Shown here: positions 40,174 to 51,927 of the stretch, in pieces
How the letters are laid out: each line of letters begins with the position of its first letter
Position numbering within the stretch: the stretch's first letter is position 1
From: Octopus bimaculoides
Lineage: Eukaryota
Reading direction: 5' to 3'
DNA: 64,000 bases
Assembly (NCBI RefSeq): GCF_001194135.2
Contig: NC_068985.1
Span: 107,368,549-107,432,548, forward strand
Notes under the pieces: model-generated
Databases searched by the model: none
Seen by the model: the letters and a program-made list of their open reading frames with translations, nothing else
What the model was told of the DNA's origin: nothing
Position numbers and translations under genes: made by a program

Positions 40174-41888
40174 GTATGTTGATATTTCATGTCATTGTAG
40201 CTGCTGTTTTTGCTGTTTAACCCAAGGTTATCCCTGACTTAGTAGACCTATTATCAAAGGTATTCCAGTCATGACCATCTCATCCTAAGTTTCAGATATA
40301 GTATATCATTCAATGTTTTTTTTTTACCTTTTCCAAGATGATAAACTGTAAATTGAGTGAGGTTTACTCGATATTTCTAGCAGGTTGATTAACCATTCGA
40401 GGCTACTTCACATTGTTGTTGATGTTGGTGTTGTTTGTGGTGGTGGTGGTGGTGGTGTTTGTAGTGTTAGTGGTGATGTTGTTTGGCATGTTGGTGTTGT
40501 GTTAGAGTTGTTGGCGTTCAATGGTTTTTGTGTGTTCTGTAGGTCAGCCTTGATCTAGCAGACTTATCCATCAAAAATATTCCAGTCATCATCTCTTTTA
40601 TTCAGACTCAGTTTATCCAGATCTACAGTAATCAATGTAGCCTTTTTTATTGTTGTTCTTATTACTGTGCATTCCAGGTTGGTGATGATTTAACAAACCT
40701 AAAATCTCATTGAACCATCCCACTTTTATTCAGCATGAACATACCCAGGACAGGACTCACTTATTCAATATGTCTTTCTTGGTTCCTATTTTTCTTTATA
40801 CCAGATCATCTCTAATCTAATTGACCAATGATCAGAGCTGTTCCTGTCAAGATCATCTCATAGTTTATCTTAGTCAATATTATCCAATAGGTTCTTTTGA
40901 AGACAGTAGCATGTGATATGAGGTAGATTTTGCTGTTATTTGTTACAGGCCAAGTTAAGTAATTTGCCCATAAAGCAGCATGGCCTTAAGGTTTCAATTT
41001 CACTTTGTTTAGACTATATCTTTATTATCTGTGATCTTTTCATTTAAATCTGCTGTGATGGATTCACTGAAACTATAAATATTGTTAGAGTTTTAAAATG
41101 GGTACATGAGCTCCTAGCTTTTCAAACAGGTGGTATTGTACTGACTGAAGTAATCCATTAGGGTGGGTATCAATACTTAGGAATGATGCGACTGAATCTT
41201 GAAGCATGTCACAACTACAACAATTGGGTTATGAATTGCTGGGTGATTGGGTTAATGTTTTAGCTTGACATTTTTGTAATAGGAAAATCAGAAGTGTTTG
41301 TTTGGTATCCTGTATCTTGTACAGCTGGTTCCACTTTACTTAATGTGAAAGTATTAGTGAGCTTTGCCTTCAAAAGGTTAAATAGTAATGTCCATGCTAT
41401 TAGATATAGAATAAATCATAAAAGAAAAGGCCTAATCTCTCAAAGAGTATATATACTTTTTATATCTGTTGAAACACAAATATGTTTTATGAAATTTTGA
41501 ATAATATTTTTGTATCTTGCAAAAATATCTAACTCTGCAAAAGAGGAAAAAAACAAAATTTTTCAAATTGTAAATTTCTAAAACTGAAGATAAAAGGATC
41601 CATATAATTCTGAAAATTCTGGAATAATCAATTTGAACATATATAGCTAAAAAAGTATAAATTCTGAAGTATGTCTGCAAGTATCCAACATCTGAGACCT
41701 TTTGTTGTGCAAGTCTCGAAATAAAATGATAAACTTCTCACTTGCACACAATTTACACATATTAGTTGGCCAAAGGCCATTTTAGAAGATATTCCAAATG
41801 CTATGTAGTGGTACTGAACCTGAATCCACCTGATTGTGGAATGAAACTTTTAACCTCACAGCCAAGCCTACGCATGCACGTGCATGCA

Positions 41889-41947
<59 letters not shown>

Positions 41948-42018
41948 GATTCTTTTCTTTAGGAAGATTCGCAAAGAATGTTGCTTAACAAACCTTTGTT
42001 TTTTTTTTCATGTTTCAG

Positions 42019-42384
42019 ACCCTTTGGCTGGAGGTGGTGGAGGTATTGACCATGGAGTGTTGGACCCCGATAAAAGTTATCTCCGAAAGTTTTCAACTGA
42101 CACCATCATCATCCTAATATCTGTTGCTTATCTCGTAGCCATTTTAATATGTATTATTATTTTAGTTGTACGCTGTGTGAGATCTTCAAGGGAAGAGAAG
42201 AAATCGTCGGAACGGCCTCTAGCTTACAATAATTATGGTTTAACGCCTGCCACTTCAGTGAATTCATCAGTTATGAATGTATATGACACTAAACCATCCT
42301 CAGATATTAAATCTATGGGTAGAAACAAGTCATTCAAGTCAAGAATGGCCTATTCCACTGAGGACACTGATAGCGTTTTTGAAG
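42019..42384 (+). CDS. CUB-like membrane protein exon 4 (TM helix IIILISVAYLVAILICIIILVV and juxtamembrane tail)
   Basis: Acceptor tttcag, donor G|gtaatt, phase 1 to phase 1. A ~22-aa hydrophobic helix followed by the basic RCVRSSREEKK. Confidence 0.85.
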
Positions 42385-42609
42385 GTAATTCCTTTTTTTT
42401 TTGTGTGTGTGTCTTTCTTTTAAATGCTTTCTTGTAAATTTATTACTGATGGAATGGTAATGGAATTATTTTTAAGTGAACAGGTTGTAGTTGTCAGCCT
42501 CATCAAAGGTGCATGTACAGTACATAGAATTAAATACAAAAGTCAGGAAAGTGAACAATGTATGAATCACGATATACATGTGTACATGCATATGGATGGG
42601 ACGGGGACA

Positions 42610-42990
42610 TTCAGGTGTAGTGTTGACAAATTTCAGGAAGCATGGAGGTTTTAAAGGATGCGACTAACAACTGATTTAAGTAGCTTGTTCCATACTTCAG
42701 CAACTCTGAGTGTGAAAAATTGTTTCTGAAAGTCATGGGAGCTGTGCTGTTTTCTGACTTTGTAGGCATGCCCACGTCTGTTAGACACATGGAATTCAAA
42801 AAGGGCTCAAGGTGGTTGTTGGTGTAATGGTTAATAATTTCGTGGGTGTTTACCAAGTCAGTTGCCAGACATTGGGGCTTCACTGTATCTATGCTCAGGG
42901 AAGCAAGGTGTTCAGAGTATGGGAGATGCCTGATGGAGGGTATTTGCTTGGTTGCACATCTCTGAACAGTTTTCAGGAGGTCATCTAATC
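42610..42990 (-). mobile_element. CR1-like LINE 3' fragment in CUB-gene intron 4
   Basis: Same family as 26700-27200 (TDLVNTHEIINHY..., NNFSHSELLK). Confidence 0.7.
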
Positions 42991-43337
42991 AAACTATTGG
43001 ACAACTAATCAATCAATCAATCTGTCTATCTGTCTGTCATATTAAATATGTGGGTGTGTGTATATTCATGTATGTATATGTGTGTGTGCATGTGTGTATG
43101 TATAGATATGATTATTCCTAAGGATCTTGTTCTTATAAATATTTAATATACAAGTTATAGTGTGTGTGTGTGTGTGTATGTATTTATATCTGTATATGTA
43201 GTAAATAAGAAGTATACACTGTAGAATCTCTGATTATATATAATTATATTTGTATTTAACAATATATAATACTGTTGTTGAGAATAATTGTCTGTGAGCA
43301 GATTGTAATGTATTTCTTTCTTTTTTTTTTGTTGAAG

Positions 43338-44248
43338 CAATGCAATCAAACATGAAGGCACAGCTAAATGCAACCTCTTCTCACTCAAGTTCTTACAATA
43401 ACCCATCCTACCAACGGACACCTCCTACTAAAAGATTGTCTGGTCGAAGAACTGCCTTCCAGAATGATACATCTGCTGCTGTCCCTACATCAAGAGGTCA
43501 CAGAAGAAACCATGAGACTGCTCTCAAAGAAGTAAACAAACCCATTGAGTCAGTGAAATCATCTGTATCACAACAAATACATACAGATGTATATGATGAT
43601 GACGGTGATGTGACGAGTGAAGTTGAGTTGGCTTCAACTGGGATGAACACTGACCCAGAAATGACCGATCATGGTATTCAGTGTGAGGTTGAAACTAGTG
43701 ATGATATCACCAATTCAGATGAAATTAATGCAATTTCTAAGCAGGCATTTGCATACCTGAAGCAGCACAAACATTTACAAAGCCCTTCATTGTCACATCC
43801 ACATGGCACAGTGAGTGATGATGAGATGGGGCAGAAGTATGACCATAATCGATACTACTATCCTTCACATGGTCTGCATGGCTCCCCAGCCATGCATCGC
43901 TATGCTCAACCTACGGAGCAATATGGCTCTCCTGAACCACACACTCATCATTTTGACCCTGCTTTAAGACAGACGAATATTACTCCGCCCAGTTACATGA
44001 GGAGGACCAATGGTTATGGGCCACAAAAAGGCCCTAAGCCACCAGTTCTGACTGACTTGGATGACCGATACATACCAATCTATTCTTATTTAGTAAACCG
44101 AGGCTACAAAATTCCTGAATCTGACAAAAATGCTTCTGGAAGCTCAGGAACAGGAACAAGCCATCATTCAGATTTGAGAATGGTCCAGACAGATGATTCC
44201 GATTTCTCTGCAAATTTGGATAGTGGTGTTGAACTGATGAGAAGGTGA
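43338..44248 (+). CDS. CUB-like membrane protein exon 5 (long disordered cytoplasmic tail ending DSGVELMRR*)
   Basis: Acceptor poly-T...gttgaag in phase 1 and a 302-codon open frame. The five exons total 1791 nt, i.e. 596 aa plus stop. AATAAA occurs ~20 nt after the stop. Confidence 0.85.
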
Positions 44249-44474
44249 AATATAAATCTGAACAACAATAAAAATGAGAAGTTGTAAAGTCACTTTATGG
44301 ACAGCTAAATACACACACACGCACACGCGCTCACATTCATATATATATATTCAAACTTTTGTATATATTATCCAATCATGCACAGGTGCCTTTATTTTAT
44401 TTGCATACATATCTTTGGACTAGTATTGAACTATCAAATCTCTGTTGTAACATCCACATTCTTATAATCCTGTA

Positions 44475-44516
<42 letters not shown>

Positions 44517-44659
44517 TAATATTTTCAATGCTGAGGCTTCTCTCTATCACTTAGTTTACTCTGTGAAATCATATTTTATGTATTGAGTGCTCTTTTCTCT
44601 CATTTTGTTAATTTACTTGTGTGTGTGTGTGTATAAATATATATGTGTATGTATGTATA

Positions 44660-44663
44660 TATC

Positions 44664-44750
<87 letters not shown>
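44660..44750. repeat. Long (TA)n microsatellite ~400 bp downstream of the CUB-gene stop; representative of many (TA)n, (CA)n and (TACA)n tracts
   Basis: Direct reading. Confidence 0.95.
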
Positions 44751-44753
<3 letters not shown>

Positions 44754-45119
44754 ATGATAGAAAACATGGAAACTGGTACATCCTCAAAATTTATTTCCAT
44801 TTATTTTACAATATCATACAGCATATTTTTGTGGTTATCACAGCCTATATGTGTTTCCACTGCACATAGTATGGGCAGTTGCATATGTAACCAGACATAA
44901 TTTTCTGCGCAGCTTTGTTCAGGGTCTTTCAACCAGTTTGGCTTGAAGTGAACTGAATTCCAGCATGAGTGACAACTCCTAGTAGTCATAGATGTTAAAT
45001 ACTAACCAATGTGGTTAACCATAATCTGGAACATAACTGAGAGCTACCATAGTATCTGGCTGTATAATATATCCTTCTAAACTCACATTAATATATATAT
45101 GTATATGGACAGATGTATG

Positions 45120-45335
45120 TATTTTTACTTGTTTCAGTCATTTGACTGAGGCCATGCTAGAGCACCGCCTTTAGTCGAGCAAATCGACCCCAGGACTTAT
45201 TCTTTGTAAGCCTACTACTTATTCTATCGGTCTCTTTTGCCGAACCACTAAGTTACAGGGACGTAAACACACCAGCAATGGTTGTCAAGCGACGTTGGGG
45301 GGACAAACACAGACACACAAACATATACGCACACA

Positions 45336-45366
<31 letters not shown>

Positions 45367-45525
45367 GACAGGCTTCTTTCAGTTTCCGTCTACCAAGTCC
45401 ACTCACAAGGCTTTGGTCAGCCCGATGTTATAGTAGAAGACACTTGCCCAAGGTGCCACGCAGTGGGACTGAACCCGGAACCATGCTGTTCGTAAGCAAG
45501 CTACTTACCACACAGCCACTCCTAT
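45120..45525 (-). mobile_element. tRNA-derived SINE family C (CORE-like CCTTGGGCAAGT, internal microsatellite)
   Basis: Head gtggctgtgtggtaagtagcttgc...gttcagtcccactg. Copies at 60300-60733, 6890-7510, 39590-39800, 49740-49920 and 50620-50775 (-), and 62945-63100, 11300-11430 and 15370-15490 (+). Confidence 0.85.
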
Positions 45526-46659
45526 GCCTATAACTAGTACATTTATGTGTACTAGTTATAACATTTCTGCAGTGATGCCTGCAAGGCAGTAATGTCTTGC
45601 AATAGAGATCATGTAACTCCAGCTGCAGGCTGAGGTGCTATATATGTTCAAATTGATTATTCCAGAATTTTCAGAATTATATGGATCCTTTTATCTTCAA
45701 TATTAGAGGCTTACCATTTGAAAAATTTTGTTTTTTTTCTCTTTTGCAGAGTTAGGTTTTTTGCATAACTGCAGTCACAATTTCTTTTTTATATATTCAC
45801 TTATGTATGTGTGTGTACATGTATGGTTTTTTTTTATATTTGTCATGTATGTGTATCATTTCTTTTCTTCTCAGGCAAATCCTCATAATCTTACCCTTAT
45901 TTTTCAAAAAATGATTATATTGTTAATAAGATCCTTGTATTCAGTTTTATCCAATCAAAGCTTGATATGATATTCAAATATCTCCACTGCATGTCTATTA
46001 TATACCGCCTCAATATTCCATTTTTCATAATGATGTGAAGATATGGGAAAGAGAAATTCAGAGCAATGCTGTATAAAGTTTTGGCTTTCAAGAAAATGTG
46101 TGTGTGTGTGTGTGTGTGCGTGTGCGTGTGTGTGTGTGTGTAATGTAATGTAATGTAATGTAATGTAATGAAAGTTTGGATTTGGTGAAATCTTGACATA
46201 TTCCTTGGGCAGCACTCAGATGCTGTACTAGAACCGTGACTACCTCTTTTCAGCTGAGAATGAGGGACTCCAGCCATTTAAGAAGAACATATATATATCT
46301 TATATATTAAAAGGCAAGTTGTCTGTCTGTGTGTTGTGTGAATGACTTCTACTCCTACAATTTTCAACTGAATATCACCAAATTTAACATGTGTGCTCTC
46401 TTTGACTTAGGATGCTTTTTTCTTATAATTTTTACCTCAAAATTCTGTACCCCAACATAGACTATTCTCAATTTGCCTAGAATTTGAACCCACCATGTCT
46501 ATGCAATGGTATGGAATATAAGTAATGCATGTTCCCAGTTTGGAGAAAATCATTTGAAAAATATGGGTGTTATAATCTTTTGCACACACACACAGAGACA
46601 GAACGAGATTTATATTATAGATATATATGTAACGTCTGCATTATATACATACATACATA

Positions 46660-46930
46660 TATATATAAATAACATCTATATTACATATATATATATATAA
46701 TATATCTGTTATGTGTTTATATATAACTTCTATATTATTCATATATATAAAACATCTATATTATGTGCATATATAGAACATCTATATTATGTGTATATAT
46801 ATATATAACATCTATATTATGTGTATATATATAACATCTATATTATGTATACATATATAACATCTATATTATGAGTATATATATAACATCTATATTATGT
46901 GTATATACATAACATCTGTATTATGTGTGT
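46660..46930. repeat. AT-rich minisatellite (unit about atatataacatctatattatgtgt); a second block lies at 47635-47725
   Basis: Visible repeated aacatctatattatg cores. Confidence 0.9.
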
Positions 46931-47177
46931 GTATGTATACATATATATATATATATAATTATTACAAATTAAAAGGGTAAAGGTTTATCAATTTATTAAT
47001 TTATTAACTTCGGATTAACTTCGGAATGGTTAGTTTTCATTGTTTTTTCTTCTTGTTTTTGCCTTTGTGAGTTACAAGTAATGCTATCTGTTGGAGTCTC
47101 AGCTTTTTTAGCTGCTATTTCTGAACTTCGGTATGTGGTGAAGCAGATATTTGCTGATCCCTTAATTATGTTTATAA

Positions 47178-47213
<36 letters not shown>

Positions 47214-48239
47214 GGTTTAGATATAGATTCAAGGCTTGAATATGGTACTTATGTGTAGGCACCCGAATATCGCATCCCAAAGGGATAGGTGATTAAAATA
47301 AAAAAATAAGCACCACGGATTTCAAAGGTGATTGCAGNNNNNNNNNNNNNNNNNNNNNNNNNNNNNNNNNNNNNNNNNNNNNNNNNNNNNNNNNNNNNNN
47401 NNNNNNNNNNNNNNNNNNNNNNNNNNNNNNNNNNNNNNNNNNNNNNNNNNNNNNNNNNNNNNNNNNNNNNNNNNNNNNNNNNNNNNNNNNNNNNNNNNNN
47501 NNNNNNNNNNNNNNNNNNNNNNNNNNNNNNNNNNNNNNNNNNNNNNNNNNNNNNNTATATATATATATATATATATATAAAACCTTTGTATTATATTTAT
47601 ATATACATATAATATTTATATTATATATATATATATATATAAAACATCTATATTATGTGTATATATATAACATCTATATTATGTGTATATATATATATAT
47701 ATAACATCTATATTATGTGTGCATATATACATATATATGTGTGTGTGTGTGTGTGTGTGTTTATATAATCTACATTATATATATCTTTGTCTATATACTC
47801 TACTGCTCTATAACTTAGCGTATGCTTCTCTTTTGGATTTCTAAGTTACTGATGCTATATATATCTATATATATATATATATATACACACACAGAGGGAT
47901 GCAAATGTAGGTATACAGTAAGTACCACATCAATGTTATAATGCTGAATTCATTGAAATTATTAGCGCATTAAATTAGTTAGCCTCGTTTTTTATATTTT
48001 CAGTGTCATTAATCATAATAACATGTTTATCATCATAACTATAATAATACTTTTATGGTAACTTTGTATTGTTTTGATAAAAATAAATGTGTATGGTACA
48101 TGTTTTCGTTTCTTATAACTGCATACCTACTTTTGCACTACCCTGTGCATATGCATATATATATATATATATATTTGTATAAAGACAGAAAAGGATAAAG
48201 AGACCAATGGCAAAGTTAGAATTATATTTTATGTATAAA

Positions 48240-48288
48240 GTCTTACAGCTGTTTCAGGGAAAATCCAATGTATCCCTTCATCGGAGAC
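48240..48288 (-). ncRNA. Minimal type I hammerhead ribozyme fold (variant core CCGAUGA), mirror copy
   Basis: Same topology on the minus strand. The core differs from CUGANGA only at position 4. Predicted cut between 48244 and 48243. Confidence 0.65.
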
Positions 48289-48328
48289 GGTAATAGTAGA
48301 TGTTATAATCCTTTCTTCTACTATTACC

Positions 48329-48377
48329 GTCTTCGATGAAGGGATACATTGGATTTTCCCTGAAACAGCTGTAAGAC
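48329..48377 (+). ncRNA. Minimal type I hammerhead ribozyme fold (variant core UCGAUGA)
   Basis: GTCT-TCGATGA-AGGGA(tacattggattt)TCCCT-GAAA-CAGCTG-TA-AGAC: stem I 4 bp, stem II 5 bp, palindromic mini stem III. Predicted cut after GUA, between 48373 and 48374. Confidence 0.6.
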
Positions 48378-48967
48378 TTTATACATAAAATATAATTCTA
48401 ATTTTACCATTGGTCTCTTTATCCTTTTCTTTCTTTATACATACACACGCTAATACACGACCTATGTTATATTCCCCACTCATGTTGATACAACGACAGG
48501 GGCATAACTAGTCGGTATACAGCACTTACTCGGTATTGCCTGTATCTTTAGGGTTTGGTTGACTACAATACCCTTCATAACCTTTATATATATATATATA
48601 TATATACTTGAAAGAGGGAGTGAGAGAGAATGCTAATTTCAGTAGTATATAAACAAACTAATCTCTATATATAATAATGGATAATGCTTGATCTCAGCGG
48701 GAAAGGATTTGAAATTAAAAAGTGTGATGTACAGAAGATGATACAGTAATTTACTTAGTCTGATACCAGACTCTCATGGTCTTGATGTTTTGATTATGTT
48801 TAGAAAAAATGTTATTTTAATACTAAATCTACATATGATGTAATAAAAATTATTTTGATATCACATTTATCTAATAAATATTTTGATACTGAGCCTGTGT
48901 ACCTTTTATTTCTTTATCCTTTTTTTTTACCTGTTTCATGTATTGGACTATAAAGCACTGCCTTTAA

Positions 48968-49188
48968 CCCTTCAGCATTCGGATTACTCTGTCACATGTA
49001 ATACTTATTTATTTACTTTGTTTTGAATTAATCATGTATTATCTCTTAGCTTCGAGATTTCAATGATGCGATTGTTTATTTTGTAGAATGATGTTGTAAG
49101 GTAGGTGTGAGAGGCTGGATCTGGCTGGTTTGACCATAAAATGGGTTGAATATTTGGGCTGGATATGGCCGGTTTAAATGCTAAAGGG
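48968..49188. mobile_element. Second piggyBac-like MITE family, nested in a SINE (related copy ~50860-51076)
   Basis: TTAA-CCCTTCAGCATT...AATGCTAAAGGG-TTAA. Confidence 0.78.
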
Positions 49189-49386
49189 TTAAAGGGTTTA
49201 GTGGAACAAAGCAACCCAAGTACTAATTTTTTTTCAAGTCTGATACTTATTCTATTTGTCTTTTATGCTGAGCTGCTAACTTATGGGGATGTAAACAAAC
49301 TGACAAGCAGTGGAAGGGGGAAAATAACAAACACAAAGGTATACACACCTGCCTATCTGCATACATACATACATGTGATAGTCTGA

Positions 49387-49431
<45 letters not shown>

Positions 49432-49481
49432 TAATATAAACAGCCAGGTGCAATATATATATATATATATATACATACACA

Positions 49482-49679
49482 TGAGGTGCATTCAAAAGGT
49501 ATCTGATTTTATTATTTCACTGCCAAAGCTAATGCTGCATGGGCAAAATCCCTTGGGTTGGGAGTGGCACCAACCCTTGTTTGCATGTGTGAAAATTTTC
49601 ACACTGCTAGGCTGAGTCAGTTCCTGGTATTAGTTTTGGCAGGAAAAAGTAAAATTGGATACTTTTTGAATGCACCTCA
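49482..49679. mobile_element. Mariner-like MITE
   Basis: TIRs TGAGGTGCATTCAAAAGGTATC / GATACTTTTTGAATGCACCTCA. Confidence 0.7.
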
Positions 49680-51096
49680 TTTGCATATGTACAGATATAT
49701 ATACTCACACCCATCTCACTGTATCAACCAAGCTATCAGATGTTGCTATACTCCACTGGTTACAATATGCTTCTTCAGTTTCAGTCTACCAAATTCACTC
49801 ACAAGGCATTGGTCAGGTCAGGGATATAGTAGAAGGCACTTGCCCAAAGTGCTGTACTGTGGTATTGAACCTGAAACCATGTGGTTGCAAAGCAAGCTTC
49901 TTAACTACACAGCCATGCCTGTGTCTATCACCAGTGTATTAGATAATTCTGTTTTTTCTTTAACAACCATCTTCTTTCTTTATCGTTGTGGTGGTTGTGG
50001 TGTTAACGGAAGGACAGCAGCAACGTCAGTCATCTGTAACTCACATGGTACAGACAATGATATAGTCAAGTAAAGATGCTCTGAATTAATGTTTTTAGCT
50101 GTGCTTTCACATCTTTTTTAGTAAGATGTGACTGCCCTTAAAATAAGGTACTTGAAATATTGTTGGATTCCATTATAAAACATGAAATACTCTGCACAGA
50201 AACTGTATCATTTATTAGTAATGTGTCGATCTTTTAGAAGATAAGGAGAGAGTTTCATTACTACACTGTGCAGATCAAGTGACCACAGAGAACTTCATTT
50301 GCTTGTTTATTATGATCATGATCATTATCATTACGATCATCATGATCATCATTATCATTATCATCTATTTGTCTTCCACTTTTCCATGCTTGCATGGGTC
50401 AGACAAGAAATAGAGGCAGAATTTTCTACAGTTTGATGTCCTTCCTGTTGCTACTCCTCACTTGTTTTCAAGCAAGGTAATATTTCCCCATGGTTGGACA
50501 TGGAAGAGTGGTAATGAAGGGTAGCACTTGCATGATGGTGATGTTTGTTTTTGACTATCGTGTGATGTCTAGATAAGGCAACACAAACACTTATTTACAC
50601 ATACACCAATACTCACACACACACATGACAGGCTTTGTTCAGTTTTCATCTGCCAAATCCACTCACAAGGCTTTGGTCTGCCTGGGGCTACAGAAAAAGA
50701 CACCTGCCCAAGGTTCTACTAGTAGGATTGAACCTGAAACCACATGACTGGTAAGCAACATCTTAACCACACATTCATAGCTGTTCTTATATAGTTTATA
50801 TTTTTAAAATGATAAAATAGTATTTTTAGTGTTCTTTACCACAAAAAGGCATCTTTACTCTTAAGTGTTTAAACCAGCCATATCTGGTCCAAATATTCCA
50901 CTTGTTTTATTTTCAAACTACCAAATCTGACCTCTCACACATACTCTACAATGTCATCCTAAAAATAATCACATCATCAAAACCTCAAAGCTACAAGATA
51001 ATGCATGATTAGTTCAAAGCAATGTGAATAAATAAGTATTACATTTGACTGAGTAATCTGAATGCTACAGGGTTAAATGTTCTGTGGATATGTTTG

Positions 51097-51240
51097 TTCA
51101 TTAGACTGAATTCTGTAACTGAGTTAACTAATTCATTAGACTGAATTCTGTAACTGAGTTAGCTAATCCATTAGACTGAATTCTGTAACTGAGTTAGCTA
51201 ATTCATTAGACTGAATTCTGTAACTGAGTTAGCTAATTCA
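51097..51240. repeat. 35-bp tandem repeat, ~4.1 copies
   Basis: ttcattagactgaattctgtaactgagttagctaa repeated without spacers. Confidence 0.95.
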
Positions 51241-51653
51241 TACCATTATGACATAAATTACTATTTGACAGTCGCATAAGGTCATGACAACTGTTGCTAT
51301 TCAGATGTCTGTTATATTAAAATATAAAAGACAAAACTTACATGTATCATATCTCAGATATTAATTATGGGACAACCTGACAGGATGATTAACTTGCTAT
51401 CAGTAGATCTGTGTAAGTAGTAGCAATAATTATTGCAAGTCGAGTAGAATATCTTAAAACAACCAGTGATCAGTCAAGTAATTCTATCTTTTCCTGACTG
51501 ACAAAGTTAACCCTGTGATGTCTAAGTTAATATGCACAAAAACATTTTTGGACTATTTCTTTTTATTTAAGGGTAAGAAGTATGTTTGATGTAAGAAATT
51601 AAATTTTCTCACAAATATACAATACATACATACATACATGCATACATATAGAC

Positions 51654-51927
51654 CAGGGGTTTTCAAACTGTGGTCCGTGGACCACAGGGGGTCCGTAGAC
51701 AGCAAATACTTTTTATGGGCAATTTGATTTTATATATGTTTTTTAATCAAAATCTTTTAATTGACAATAAACCTATTTGTTAAATACTGTTAAATAAATA
51801 AATGTAAAGATATATGTTATTTAAAGCAAATATTTATGTATAAATTTCATAAGCGTTTATAAGGGGGTCCCTAAGGTAAAGCCTGAAATTCAAAGGGGTC
51901 TGCAAGTCAAAAAGTTTGAAAACCCTG
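51654..51927. mobile_element. hAT (Charlie-like) MITE with a perfect 8-bp TSD
   Basis: TIRs CAGGGGTTTTCAAAC / GTTTGAAAACCCTG; ATATAGAC duplicated on both sides. Confidence 0.9.

Larger units (their letters stand above)
48176..48441. repeat. Long palindrome: 125-bp arms (about 4 mismatches) and a 16-nt loop; probably derived from a Penelope-like element terminal repeat
   Basis: 48176-48300 is the reverse complement of 48317-48441. Loop sequence tgttataatcctttct. Confidence 0.9.

Noticed and set aside
51097-51240. 35-bp repeats of CRISPR-like length
   Set aside because: Head-to-tail copies with no unique spacers, no cas genes, and eukaryotic context.
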